Below, piece after piece: positions 34,279 through 47,208 of a stretch of DNA of 64,000 nucleotides. The stretch is taken from assembly GCA_009103225.1 (NCBI GenBank), contig RHPI01000797.1, forward strand, positions 247,064 through 311,063, in the 5' to 3' direction. The notes under the pieces were generated by a model that did not search any database, was not told where the DNA came from, and saw only the letters and a program-made list of their open reading frames with translations. Numbering within the stretch: position 1 is the stretch's first letter; every line of letters starts with the position of its first letter. The translations under genes and the position numbers were made by a program. The stretch is from Chlorokybus atmophyticus (taxonomy: Eukaryota > Plantae > Mesostigma and Chlorokybus algae).

Positions 34279-36988
34279 TCATAGCCGGGCGTGCTCTGGT
34301 GGTTGCATGCCATTGTGCATGACCGTGCTGGAAGGCGGATGCTGTGTGCGCTCTGGTTGTCCGGGCAAGGACAGTGGTGATGGCGGCTGCGTGTGTGCGA
34401 GTGAAGGTGGAAAAACCTGCTGCTGTAAATTATCATGTACCCCATCTCCTGCCAGGGGAGGGTCCACTTTGGCTACAAACGAGAGATTGCCTTTGAGAGG
34501 AGACTCTGACATGGTGCCATCTTCTCCTTTCCTTCGCCTCTTGCCTGAAAGCCAGAAACAATATCAACTTACACAGACAGCAAGGAACTTTGGCTGTTAC
34601 AGCCACAGCTTTTCGTGTGAGCGACTTGAGGACCAAAACAACTGAAGCCAACCGGCGTAACTTTAACCAGTGATCAAGCTAATGAGCAAGGTTGGTGTTA
34701 CTAAAACTTGCACATGCACTGCCCTATACATGGACAAACCTGTGCAGCGGTTGGCGCCTTTTTGAATAAGAACGCCTGTGGCCTTGGCCTGCTCAGCGAC
34801 ACGATAGGCTTCAGCAGCCTCCTCAGGCGTCACAAACCAACCGAGGTTGTACAACTTGTTTTGGGACCAGATCTGCGCCGTCCATTTCTGCTTTGCCTTA
34901 TTGAAGGACGTCCCTTTGTACTTGGGACCATTGGCGGTAGCGCTGGCAGACTGCTTTGATGCTGATGCAAACCACAGATTTGAACAGTTGTAACAAACAC
35001 CACAGTTGCAGACAGAATGCATAATGATGACATACCTTTGGACTCTCTTCTTCCTGCCGGCTTTTTCCCAGGCTCTTGAGCTGTTTTGGCAGGCTTCGCA
35101 CTGCAGAAAGCAGTTGTATCATTCATGCAGCATGGTGGCCACAAGTGACGCAAGTCAAGTTGCATAAACCATAGCAATCGGAGCATACCTAGGGCGGTCG
35201 AATCTGTGACTTGGTGAAGATTGTTGTGATGCGGCAGAGGGCGCCTCTGCTGCTGCCGCCTGCGCAATCCTTTCTTCTTTTGCATGCAAGTCTCTCGCTA
35301 GCATGCCTACCCGAGACCGCTTTGCAACTGGCACCTGTGTCAGCGATGTATTAAGTGGAAGTGAACAAGCCGTTGCACCGACACCTGAGCACACCTCAAT
35401 GTGTACCTGTACAGGAGATGGCTCAGCAGCAGCACCATTGGCTTTGGGTTCCATTGCCTGCGGTGATGATGCCTGCGGTGCGTGCGTGCTTTCACACGTG
35501 CTGCGCAGCCCTGCATACACTGAAGGCACGCCTACCGCGGGCTCTGCTGTGACATGAGCCACAGCAGTGGCATCCACAGCGGTGCGCTTTGCAAGCTCCT
35601 GCACAAGACGCATGAACTGAGTCACCACCATTCCACGCGCCGTCACAATGAGATGCTTTGCTGTCTGCTCAGTTTGGATCTGCGCAGCATGCATCTGCTA
35701 TAGATGACAATTGTCATTGTGACGCGTGAAGTAGATAGTGTGTTATGCATGTGGCGATGTACATAACCCTCAAACCTGCAGCAGGTTGTTGTTGTCCTGT
35801 TGCAAGGCGCGCTTCTCGGCCTGCAACTGCTGCAGCTGTTGGTGTGCAGCCTGCAGCAGCTTGCTTGTTGCCGCGTGCGCAACGGTCATAGCTTGCAGCG
35901 CTCTCTCTGCTGCTTTCTTGTCCGCAAGCAATGCTGTAACCTGTTGCACGCTGAAGTTCATTGGAATAGTGTAGAGTCTTTGCATTGGGCAAGGCGGGCA
36001 GCAGCGACAGCAATGTAGCTGAACTTGGCGTGTGCATGCGCAAACCGGGGAGAAAGCAGTCATGAAGTGCACCTCTTGTTGTGCATTATGGAGCTCCGCT
36101 TCCAACTGCGCTAACGAGAAGCCAGCCTGCTGCCAATGACAAATGAGAACACCCTCGCACACGTATGCACTCACAACACTGTACCATTACTCACTGCCTG
36201 TGCCTAACTTGATACACTTGACGACTAGCAAACATGCATGCACATGCGGAACATGCATACACAACGACGCAGTGTGCTTACCAATTGGCCCAATTCGGTA
36301 GTTGTAATCAATACTCAACAAATGGAGAGCAACGAAGAAATGAGACTACGAGATACCACAATCTAAACCAAAAAAAATATAAGGCATGATGGCGGCAGCG
36401 GCCACCAACAGGGACAACACGTGTCAAACTACAAGCGATGTTCTGACTGAACGCTGACCAATATCAAGCCTCAGCGAGATGCTCAGCAGTAGTAAACTGA
36501 CAAGATGGCTCCGAGGTGATAGAGCAACAGGCACTCGCAACGCTCCAAAAGTCAGTTTTCACCCTTAGAAGTATAGCATTACCACAGCAATAATCTTGTT
36601 GTCAGCTCCTGTAGCTCAAGATTGCTACAATACATAAGCACCAAAACATAAGGCGACATCTTCAAGCACCACGAAGCCGCAGCATGTGCTCAACACAGTA
36701 GGTGCAACTTTATCGACAGCTCACTTTGTTGCCGCCTAGCTGCTCATAGCAGCATGCGGCAGCGGGCGTATGCCACTAACATTCAGGGGCAGAATGAACG
36801 CAGGCTTACTGCAAGCTCCATACTTTGAGGAAGTAACAAGAAGCAAGTAACAAGTTCTACTCATGTTACATCAGCATTGTGCTGTTTGGTGATCCAATGC
36901 TTACCGACGGGTTTTCAGCGTCGTCAGCCATGTCGGCAGCTCCGGCTGCAGCAGCAGCTGCTGCGGCGCTGCGCCCCTCGGCCAGCAT
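34279..36988 (-). CDS. Coiled-coil protein with a single C-proximal AP2-type DNA-binding domain
   Basis: Exon 1 is MLAEGRS..MADDAENPS. Coiled-coil exons LAQLEAELHNAQQE and LQAAHQQLQQLQAEKRALQQDNNNLLQ follow. AP2 domain KYKGTSFNKAKQKWTAQIWSQNKLYNLGWFVTPEEAAEAY. A phase-1 splice from 34741 to 34544 adds GKRRRK (NLS-like) and a Pro/Gln tail ending at 34279. Confidence 0.7.
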
Positions 36989-37331
36989 CCTCTCTGCCCA
37001 AGGTTTAGGGTCCAGAGTTTAGGTTTAGTGCTGAGTTAAGGCCGGGTTTAAGGTTTACTCTCTCTGTTAGTGTAGCTTTAGGTAACAACGCTACTGTAAC
37101 GTGCGTCTTTGAAACAACTGTCCGGCGAAACTACGGCTGTTCACCTTCGTTTATTAGTTGCGGCCTAACGTCTGTGTTATGCGTTAGGTTCTGGAATTGT
37201 GTTAAGGTAGCGGTGGCGGCGGCGGCAGCGGTGCCTGAGCAGGCGGCGGACGCTGTGTGGGCGCTGGATTTGACGGGAGATTTGTAAGCAAACGCTGCGT
37301 AGGCGAGGAGGTCGACCGGTGGCGTTGCACG

Positions 37332-38016
37332 ATGTCGTACGATGAGGTTGAGATTGAGGACATGGAGTGGGATGACGCAAGGCAGGCGTTCACGTACCCT
37401 TGCCCATGCGGAGACCTCTTTCAAATCACCAAAGTAAGCAGCTTGCCGGGAAGACTTGTAACAAGTTGAGGTTTGCTTGCAGGGCTCAAGCGGTACTATT
37501 GTCTGACTTTTGCTTAGCAGTGCAGCTCACCTCAGCTCAAGCGTTGGTAGCAGCAGAGTGCCTTCCCTGTTGAGCGTTCCGAATAGCAGCTTACCTGATT
37601 GCGAACAATTGTAAAGTCGGTTGTGCTGAGGTTACAGCCTTGCATGCAGTTGGCTAACGTAGTTCGTCAAGTGGTGCATTGCTGTGACTTTTGCAGGGAA
37701 TTGCCTTGACATGTTGGTATGCTGAGTTGATACATCTCTTGTACAGTCACTAACAAGCCAATATCCACAGGAAGAGTTGAGAGCTGGCGAAGAGATTGCC
37801 CGGTGTCCGAGCTGCACACTTTACATCACAGTCATCTACAATCCGGTACGTGCAGTACCTTGAGACCAGTTGCTGTGTGTTGCAGTGCTGCTAGCATGCT
37901 TCTGCTTAGCAGCATACCATGTGCTGAGTGCGCTGTGCTCTCTGTTGCAGGAGGACTTTGATGATGAGCCTTCTGTCAAAGCTAACCAACCGCCGCCAGC
38001 TATTGCTGTTCACTAA
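37332..38016 (+). CDS. DPH3: Diphthamide biosynthesis protein 3 (KTI11, CSL zinc finger)
   Basis: [34 protein letters not shown] / [25 protein letters not shown] / EDFDDEPS...*. Confidence 0.94.
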
Positions 38017-38140
38017 TAACTGGCTTTGCTGAGTTGGTGTCAATACTTCAGAGTTAGGGTTAGATGCTGGGATGTTCAGTTTTGGCGAGAGTAACGCAGT
38101 GAGTGGCGTGATTGACAGAGGGTAGTTCATAGACTGAGTA

Positions 38141-38514
38141 CTGTTGAGAGTGCGTGTACTTTTGGTTTGCTGTTGTTGTGACCATATACTGTCGTGGTTT
38201 AGATATAAGATGCCTTGTTCTGCTGTTCTAGTAGCCAGGAGACGGGCAGTTGAGTCAGGCTGGGACGTGCATTTCACTTGCGCGTAGTAGTTTATACCAA
38301 AATTAGAGTTGCAGGTCAAACTGGAAATGGGTGTTGAGAGTGCGTCTACTTTTGGTTTGCTAGTTGTTGTGACCATACACTGTCGTGGTTTAGATAATAT
38401 GCCTTGTTCTGCTGTTCTAGTAGCCAGAAGACGGGTAGTTGAGGCAGGCTGGGACGTGCATGTCACTTGCGCGTAGTAGTTTATACCAAAATTAGAGTTG
38501 CAGGTTAAACTGGA
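38141..38514. repeat. Tandem duplication, two copies with a 190-bp period
   Basis: GTTGAGAGTGCGT..CTTTTGGTTTGCT...TATACCAAAATTAGAGTTGCAGGT.AAACTGGA starts at 38143 and again at 38333, with scattered substitutions. Confidence 0.93.
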
Positions 38515-39152
38515 TTTGGGGAATTCAAGGGTTGCAAACGGATACGATGAGGATGAGAAAAGACAATAAGTGAGATTGGTTTGATGGTTTGCGAGTTGTG
38601 TGATACAAGTCAATGTGCGATGGGGCATTTGTAGCTGTTGTTTTCAGCTCGCTGGCATGCATTGGTACTCAGAAATAGTTCTGTCTTAATATATATTATT
38701 GCAACATCAAGTTTACTAAACAAATTGGAGGCTCATTGTGGCTGCACATGCATTAGCAGCGTTGTTCTGATCATGAATCTTATCTGCAATGGTTACAACT
38801 TGGCAGGCGCTAGCAAGTGCATTATATACCTCTCACTCTATGAACATATGTACGTGGATGTCTATATCACCCCACTGAAAGTGTTGATTACTATTCGGCT
38901 GCGAAACCGCTGATGCATGTGATGTGTCAGGACATTTGCATCAAACATACAGACAGGGTGCTCACAGGAAAGATGTAGGTAGCATTCAAGTTGTCAAACA
39001 GCCAAATATACTAAGTTGTTGCCGTACATACAACGGAACACACTATGAACATGGAGCATGAATACGAACAGCAGCAACCACATCTAGTTGACAACAGCGA
39101 CCTCAATCAAACAGCCCTGCAAACACAAGTTTGAGTCTGATTCCTAATAAGT

Positions 39153-40229
39153 CTAGCTGCTGGCGACATTGTTCTGGGGCTCCCCGTGCATGACGCTGCC
39201 GATGCGGATGGAAACGCCGTTGAGGTCGCGTACATACCCGCAGCGCTGACCCCACTTCTTGTCCTCGAGTGGCGCCACCGCAATGGCCCCAGCATTCACC
39301 GCGCGCTGATACAGACCCTCCACATCCTCACTCACCAAACTGAAACAGGGGAAGATAGTCAACCAAGCGCACACACACGCACAGGCACAGAGGCAGCGAA
39401 AGCCCTTACTTGAGCTCAACGTTGGGAGGGCGTTGTTGGACATCCTGGTGCTGGATGCCGCCGGCAAGGGTGGCCTCGCGCTGCTCGAATGGCGTGAATG
39501 CGATGGTGGTCTCACCTGAGTCCACTGTCCACAGACATCCAGAGGATAAGCATGCGCCGGCTGCAATGCACTTGTGCAACGACAACAACGATTACTCGCG
39601 CCACCTCGTTGCTTGAGTGCACAAACATGGCCTCTCTGTCTGTGGAGCATGCAGTTATGTGCATGCATGGCACTGTGGCTGCATGCGTGCACACTATCTT
39701 TCTTCAAATTGCACGAATGCACATAAGCGTGCCTTTCAGCCAGTAAGCATGCATGCAGTCACTCAACAGGCACAACAGGACGCGAAAGAGTCACCACCGC
39801 AAGTACGAGGGCATGCAATAGGACAGAGCAACTGCGCTGTTTCTTGCGTCTGATGAGCCCGTAAATTACTTGACATCAGATACTGGAGCTAGTCTGCATG
39901 CGAAGCGGGAATACTCATCAAGCGTCACACTTACGTTCTCCCCACATGCGTTTGGGGTCCATGAACTTGGTCTTCATGCCAAAGGCCTGGTTGTAGAACT
40001 CCAAGGACGCCTCCACGTTCTCTGTGTAAATAATGGTGTAGCCATACTTGGCCTGTGGCGCCGCCATGCTGCCGCTGTTCCTTCCGGACGAAGAGGTTGA
40101 TGACGACAAGGAGGCAGACACTGTGGAGTACCGTAACCTCAAAGGCTTCACCGCCGCCCTGCCTAAGACCAACCGCAATCCCTGTGGCCTGAAGGCGACT
40201 GTGCCGACGGCGGCGACCGAGGAGAGCAT
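39153..40229 (-). CDS. VOC/glyoxalase-I-like (lactoylglutathione lyase family) protein with a transit-peptide-like N-terminus
   Basis: KYGYTIIYTENVEASLEFYNQAFG, WGELDSGETTIAFTP, EDVEGLYQRAVNAGAIAVAPLEDKKWGQRCGYVRDLNGVSIRIGS. Resembles the Arabidopsis At2g32090-type GLXI-like proteins as recalled. Confidence 0.87.
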
Positions 40230-41092
40230 TTAGGAGAACAGTAACAGCGTTGACAAGCTTTGCAGGTGAAGTCCCCACCCAAGCCCAACTGGAAGTGCGG
40301 AAAGCGTTTGGGACTTTAGCCGATGTGGCAAGATCATAGTTAAGCGCTCCTCCGCCAAAACGTAACTAGCAGTTGTGATATGCGAACTGTTTGCTAGTCA
40401 TGTGGTTGAAATATTTGAATATCTGACAACCTTACAATTAGTGGCTAACCTGAACCGTGGTCGACGTGGCAATGAAGGATCTCCCGCCTCCTTTGCGGCG
40501 TCAGCGTTGTCGACAGCGCTGCGTCACGGTAACGCTACATCGCACCGGCGTTCCGGCACCAACGCTTTCAGCACCGAACCAGCCCCTTCGAGTTGCTTGC
40601 GCCGTCGATCTCAAGGCTGCACCATTTGACGGTGACACATTTGCCACCTGCCCCAGTGCTGTCTTTCACCTCTTTGCAGCTACTTTGCGATTTTTCTGTA
40701 TGTTACCGTTGCCGCCTCTTTCAAATCTGCTGCCCGGGTGCAGAGCTTCTGTTCGCGTAATCCGCCCTTCTGCAGTGATTACTGCCACATTACACTGCGC
40801 GGCGCCTAGGCGGAAAGCTTTCAATTGTCACACGTGCCAATGCTATTTTCTTCCCGGCTTTTGGTTTTTGCGGTTTTGCTGCTTAGGGCTTAGCGGTTTG
40901 CTGCTTGTCCTGGGCGGCAGCGGCGGTGGCGGCTGCAGGAAGGGCGGCAGGGCGTTCTGTTGGGTGTTGTGGGGCTGTGTGTTGGAGCGTTGCAGTTTGC
41001 TGGTCGAGTTTCGTGTGAACGAGGGCGCTGGCCGATGGGCTGAGGGAAAGCAAGGACAGGGAGACCTAGCTTACGTGCACAATGCCGGAGTC

Positions 41093-44000
41093 ATGGGTGA
41101 GCACATCACCACTTGTGCAAGCACTATTATAGTTGGAAAGCTCTCAACACTCACAAGTAGGACAAGCAACGAGACAGCTGTTACGGTCCTCTTGATAGAT
41201 GTATTGTTTGCTTGCGCTGCTGTAATTAGGCATGCTAGACGCCAAATGAGCTGTTGCGGAATGTGCTACAAGTTGCTACTTGATACAACACACATCTACG
41301 ATAGGTAATCTGGTTCGTCCCTCCAAGTAGGGTTGCACTTGTAGTTTGCACACTCTGTTTCAAGGTTTGGACTGTGCTAGGCTGTCTGAGAAGGGAGGCA
41401 AGTTCGGATGACGCCCTTATGTCGTCGTTGCGTCGAGTGTTTGCAACAGTGTTTGCAACACATATCGTACTATCAGAGTTCTGTAGTTGCGTTGAACGAT
41501 GGGTTCACCTTCACCATGATGTACCTCAGATCTATGTTTGTGTTGAAAACAGATCATCTAGTCTTACAAGCATGTAGTCACGGTGTTGCACGAGCTGTCA
41601 GTGCATGCATGTTAGCTTCACTCATAGCAGGCGTATTGTAGCGGACGTGAAGCTTACCGATAACGATGATTGTGTTGCTGCTGAAGCTTGGGTTTTGCAC
41701 GCCAGTTGGTATTTATGTGACAGCTAATTGGTAGAGAGCACATGCACTTGTCTGGTTACATACTTGTGTAGGTAGGTTTAAAAGTCATTCCAGCAAGTCG
41801 TTGTTTAGACCTCCTGTGCACTGTGAGTTCAATGCAGCAGTTACAGCAATGCACCACACGTAGTGAGGTCATTGACGTGTTGCTTATGCCTTGATGCAGA
41901 GCGGGTATCCAACACTTGTACACGAGGCGCCCTCCCATGTATCGCGCCCATCATCAGCCAAAGCGGTGAGCACCAGACTTTGAGCAGCGTGTACGTATTC
42001 TGGCGGTTGATTGCACGCATCAGTTGAACAACATTTGCAGTGCTCGCAGGCGCCAGAGCTCCCACTGCCCCCAGCAGGCGACGCAGAGCGTGCTCGACCG
42101 GGTACTGGTTCTGCATGGGGTGACAGGGGAGCAGCCCATCATGCTCGGCGGCGCTCAACTGTAAGCACAGAGATACCAGCAGCATAATTGAGTGCCTGCA
42201 TGAATGCATGCACTGCTCGTTCGACTCAAGCACAAAACTTGATTGAGTGCTGGTGACATGTCAGTCAATATTACTGCGGGCAGTTCCTTGCTTGTGAATT
42301 AGACAGCGTTGTCATTGCCACTTGTTTTATATGCGTGCATGGACATCATGAACAGCGGTCTGCTTGTAGGCTGATGCAAGGTGGCCAAGCACAGCTCCTT
42401 CAGCCCCACCCATGCCACATGCCGAGGGACTAGATGGCGCTACCATTACGCGGCCACAATCAACCAGTAGCTTAGCTTACAGGTAACCTGGTGCTTGCAA
42501 TCATTGTGATGTGGCAGATCGTAATATCTACATTATCTGCAGTGATAGGGGAGAAAGTCCGAGCACTTCAGCACGGCATTATCCTAGGATGAGCGATGAA
42601 GACCGACAGCCATCCACACAAGCAATGCCAGCAAAGTATGCACGTTGTAGTATCCGTGGCTCCCCTCTTTGTTCCTAGCGCATCTTCGTGTGGTATGCAT
42701 GGGTGTGGCGGCTGATATTGACTAATTACAGGTTGGACCTGGCATGGCCAACGATGGTAGCATATGACGCAGCGCTGCGCCTGTGCTTGTATGCCAAGGC
42801 AAAGGATCCTCAACCACAAGAACCTGATCAGTTGTTACATAATGGTGGCGAGCTCTTGCGTTCTGCGTTTGGGTAGGCAACGTTTGCAGTGTTGTGTGAG
42901 ATGATGTCACTTGCCGTGGGCATGGGCGGTTGTTCTTGTTGCATATCGCTGAAACCAAGTGCAGGTTGCAGGAGTATCTGCTGCAACCAGGGGGAGGCAA
43001 TGCTGTCCAAGGCAATGTGGCACCTTCAGCACCACTAATGTTCAGCGGAAGCATTGTGGAGACTGGTCAAAAGGAAGAGACAGACAAGTGCAAGTTGCGG
43101 GTTCAGGTCAGCTTTTGATGACTAAAAAGAGACAAATCCGCCGCATAGAAAGCAGCGCTGTAACGTTTGCATGGTTGATTGGATAGATACGCAAGGCCAA
43201 AGGTTTTGTGCGAGGCAAGGACCGTCTGCGCCAGCTGCTTGGTGACAGCGAAGCAGGCCAAGCTGGCCTGGTGTGCCTGCTGAGGTTGAAAGGGTCGCAT
43301 GCTGAGAAGCCGTTGCGAACACAACCTGGCAGTGGGGAGACAGTTATCCTGTAAGGAAGCTGCAGTATATCTGATCCATGACAAGTACAACTGTCTGCAG
43401 TACTATTGGTTCATTTGCTGATCATCGTTGTTGGCAAAACAGGGAGCTCACAGACAGTGAGAAGGGCGAGGAGTTGCACATACATGTTCAAGACAGCAAG
43501 AGCAGAGCGTGTGGTTCCATCCGCATCTCGTTGGAAACACTCGATGCGCCAAAGGCAAGTCGACTATGTCAATGCAGCAGCAAACTATTCAATGGAGCCT
43601 TGTGGACCCTCAGTGCAAAGCCTGATGCACACTTTGTGCACGCACAGGACAGGCAATGGTTTGACGTGCTGGACGAGAAGCATCAACCAGCAGGGAAGCT
43701 GCAGATATCGTTGTTTCTGCAACGGGTTCCCGTGGTCACATCTGAGGGTTCCGGAAGCTCTTCAGACGAGGTTGAAAACGCTGTCATCACTGAGGCAACC
43801 GCCTTCAACGTAGTGCTCGCCGCAGCATTTCATGCCAGCGGCCTGCGCCAACGCCAACTGGAGCTGCAGAGCCCGTGGAGTTGGCTCGTTTATGAGTTCA
43901 TCAGCTGTTATGACGTGAGCGACGCCCATTTCCGATTGCGGTGAGAGCTGAGAAGGGTTTGGGTCAACATTGCAATGGTTGTGATTATGGTTACATGCTG

Positions 44001-46685
44001 GCCCGTGCTGCTTGGAGTGTTCCTGTGTCCATGTGGGTTGAGGGATACTCATTGCTCTTTGTTTTATGCAGGTCACTCTGGCATGTGTTGCGAGTGGCCA
44101 CACCAACTATGGATTGTTTAGACACGGTGCTCGCCCATCTCACCCCACTCTTGCAGTATCAGAAAAGGAATAACCTGTCCAGTCAAGAACGGCGCACGCT
44201 TGCAGTGCTGAGAGAGCAGGTAAGAGTACTTACTCGTGCACACATAATTTGTGTATGGCAGCATGCCATTGACTGTAGCACCCCTCATACTCAACACTCG
44301 ATGGTGAGGTCAACTTGTGCACCCCTGGCAGGTGGAACGCCTTGTTGCACATGCCTTTCATCACTACAAGTCTTTGAACGAAGAGGAGACATCGGGCCTG
44401 CTGGCGGATGGGCGAGTGCTTGCAAACAGGACGTCCCCCGCGCTGTTTCCGGCCGTGAAGCTGTTCTCGCTGCTGCACGAGTCTCTCGGCGACGAGGCTC
44501 AAATCAAGCTTGAAGGCCTGTTGCGCAGCGCGGTGCAGAAAAGGTGGCGCCGTCTCAGCGCCGAGTGCGATGAGCAGCAGGAAGAGAAGGACCTGAAAAC
44601 AGCCCCGCTGGTACTCGCGTACAATCGCCACAGCAAGTTGTGCGCGCAGCTCGCGGTGGAGACCGAGCACGACTTACAGATACACGCCATGCACATACTC
44701 CCAAGCACTTTGGATCTTCCTCAGCTCGCCGCGGATATCTACATGAAAGAGATCGGCGCGAAGCTGAGGGCTTTCATGACCCGCAACCCGCCATCAGCAC
44801 CGGCTGCGCATGTGACGGAGCTTCTCAACGCCGTTGGAGACTTGAACACCAAACTCCTTGCGTGGGGGATACGGGTGTCTGCGGACATTGAAGTCGAGAG
44901 CCTCTTTGGCAAGTACATTGAGAAATGGGTTCATGAAGCGCAGGACAGGTTGCTTGCATTTGTTGCAGCAAAGGCTGCAGAGCCCCATCCAAATGAAGTG
45001 ATGGCCCCTACGGCCTTTGCTGAAGCTGTCTATGGTAAAATAAATGAGACGCTGGTCAACCTGGAGCCCGTCATGGCAAGGTGGCCAGCGAATGCGCCCG
45101 TGCTTGAGTCTGCCATATGTGAGGTCGAGCGGCACGTTATTTGTGGGCTGGAGCGCATGTGCGGTGCGCACATACCGAAGCGCAAGGACCCCCACAAGTC
45201 CCCCACGATGCTTGCCACTGCCAAACACCTGGCCAAGAAGACAAGAGAGCCAGTAATCTATTTAGTGCCACCCCCGGTAGGCCATGCTATGCTGACATAT
45301 ACTAAATGCATGCACGCACGCACGAGCACAAGCATGCATGCACTTTGACGACTGTTTCTGGGTGTGCATGTGTGGTCGCCGAAAAGCTTAACATTTCGCT
45401 GTTTCACCAGCTCGCGGGCATGATGAATGCATTGAAGCGTCTGCTTGATGGTCTGCGGCCTAGCGTGGAGACTCGCTTGCGAGCGTGGGCGAGGGCAGCA
45501 GAACGGGCGGGGCTTGCCCAGTCGGACAGAGCCTGCGGCGAACACCTTCTGGCAGTCACAGTTGAACTTAAGACCAAGTACAAGACTGCTGTGACAACCG
45601 TTGTCGACCGCCTGTCTGAAAATGTAAGCCCTGCTGTAGCAGTCATCATGCCAGCCCTGTTGTATGTTTTGACTGTTTGGATACACTATAAAACTACTGG
45701 GTACTGGGGTTCTAGCCGCGTGCTTGCACAATGTGTGCGTGTGTGTGTGCGTGCGTGTCTGTGTATCTGTGTGTCTGTGTCTGTGTATGTGCATACTACT
45801 GCGCGCACGCATATGTACCTGACCATTGTGATTTGCTTTCTCAGTTCCGTCAAGGTCGTCAGACATCTCTCAAACGCGTCCTCTCTGAGCGCGCATCCAA
45901 CGGTACCAACTCGCCAGCTGAAATGCGCCAGCTGCTGCAGCCGCTCATTCGCCTGCTGGAGGAGGCGCTAGCATCCCTTGCAGAATTGCTCTCCGCGCGA
46001 CTGTTTGCTACCATTGCCCGCGGGGTGTGGGACTACTTCGGGAGGGTGAGGCTTACTGATGTATTGAACTCATGCCCTTTTTGTACGATCACGACCTTCA
46101 CGATCGTAGTCAGGCGCCCTGCCGACTGCACTAGGCTAGCGCTAGGCTAGTGCAGTCGGCAAGCCTCGTAATCAACAACAAAAGGTCAAACTCGGAGAGC
46201 CCCGGCACTCACGCCGGAATCTAATTCAACCCCCCCGCAATACATTTGTGTGGCAAGGGCTTGTGGCTGTGAGTGTGTGCATGCTGGTCCTTGTGGTTGG
46301 GACTGTGTGTTTTAGTCTCTCAATCTCAAATTTCATGTTCAGGAGGTGCTTCATTACTTGGAGGATGTGAAAGAAAACGTATCGTTTGTCAAGCGACAAA
46401 CCGCTGCTGCAGCCATGGAGGTGCGGTGACCGAAACATTTTTTGCTGTCGACTGTTGTGTCTACATGATGGTGGTGGCATCTGGCATTGGCTTTGACATC
46501 AATCAAATACCTGATTGTTTTTGCAGTGTCTGGACAAGCGCATCACTGAAGCCATTCAGCGGCGATTGGGCGACAAAGGTCTTGAGAGGGACTTTACTCC
46601 GCCGCGCAGCGTGGAGGAGGCGAAGAGGCTGATGGCGCTCGACTCTGCGTGCAACTCTCCTCATGCATCATTCTCTCTGTACTGA
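41093..46685 (+). CDS. Large plant-family protein with a degenerate C2 domain and a Munc13-homology-like helical region (At4g24610-like); 5' end uncertain
   Basis: WPTMVAYDAALRLCL..LLRSAFGLQEYLLQ, C2-like ELHIHVQDSK..QWFDV..GKLQI, AFNVVLAAA..FRLRSLWHV, IHAMHILPSTLDLPQLAADIY, SLFGKYIEKWV, LESAICEVERHVI and MMNALKRLLD. C-terminus DFTPPRSVEEAKRLM...SFSLY* with stop at 46683-46685. Exons before about 42720 are tentative. Confidence 0.75.
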
Positions 46686-47208
46686 GACTCAGCAAACTTG
46701 TTTTTTCCCCGCTGTGTAGAGACTCTAGATTCATGCACGTATCTGGCACATAGTTCGCGTAGGCGTTGTATGGGTAGCTGCTGTTGTACACAGCCGTTTG
46801 TAAAGAAGTCTGTTGAACTTCCACTAGCTGAAGCTAGTCAAATCAGATTGGACAGGTAGTCTTTTGAAGCAAAACCCACTGTTGATAATACTTAAAAATA
46901 CCACTTCATGGTTCAATATGGCTGCTTCAGGTGTATACAGCCGATTGGCATGCCGCATTGCAATGTAGCGGTCTCTACTTGACTCTCAAGCACGGTTGCT
47001 GTCATAGATTGTTACAGTTGGCTGGAAGGTAAGGTTGCAATGTGTCTGCATGTTGACGACCTCTGTTGACAACATATGTGTGGGTATAGATTCACTGTAG
47101 CCAAAGAGGAGAAGTTGCAATGCATGGGAACAACAAAAGACACGCTGTGCTCCGGATGGTCACCAGGACAGCGTTGAGTACTAGCTGATGTATACTCAAC
47201 TCATCAAG

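Noticed and set aside
37906-38628. 240-aa minus-strand ORF with an internal repeat
   Set aside because: It is the translation of the 190-bp tandem duplication. The period is not a multiple of 3 and there are no domain features.
40457-41308. 283-aa plus-strand ORF
   Set aside because: Low-information composition with an alternative start. It probably covers promoter or 5' UTR, and at most a short end could belong to the At4g24610-like gene.
41841-42233. 130-aa minus-strand ORF
   Set aside because: Splice-donor signals here (GTGAGC, GTAAGC) are on the plus strand, which favours plus-strand exons of the At4g24610-like gene.
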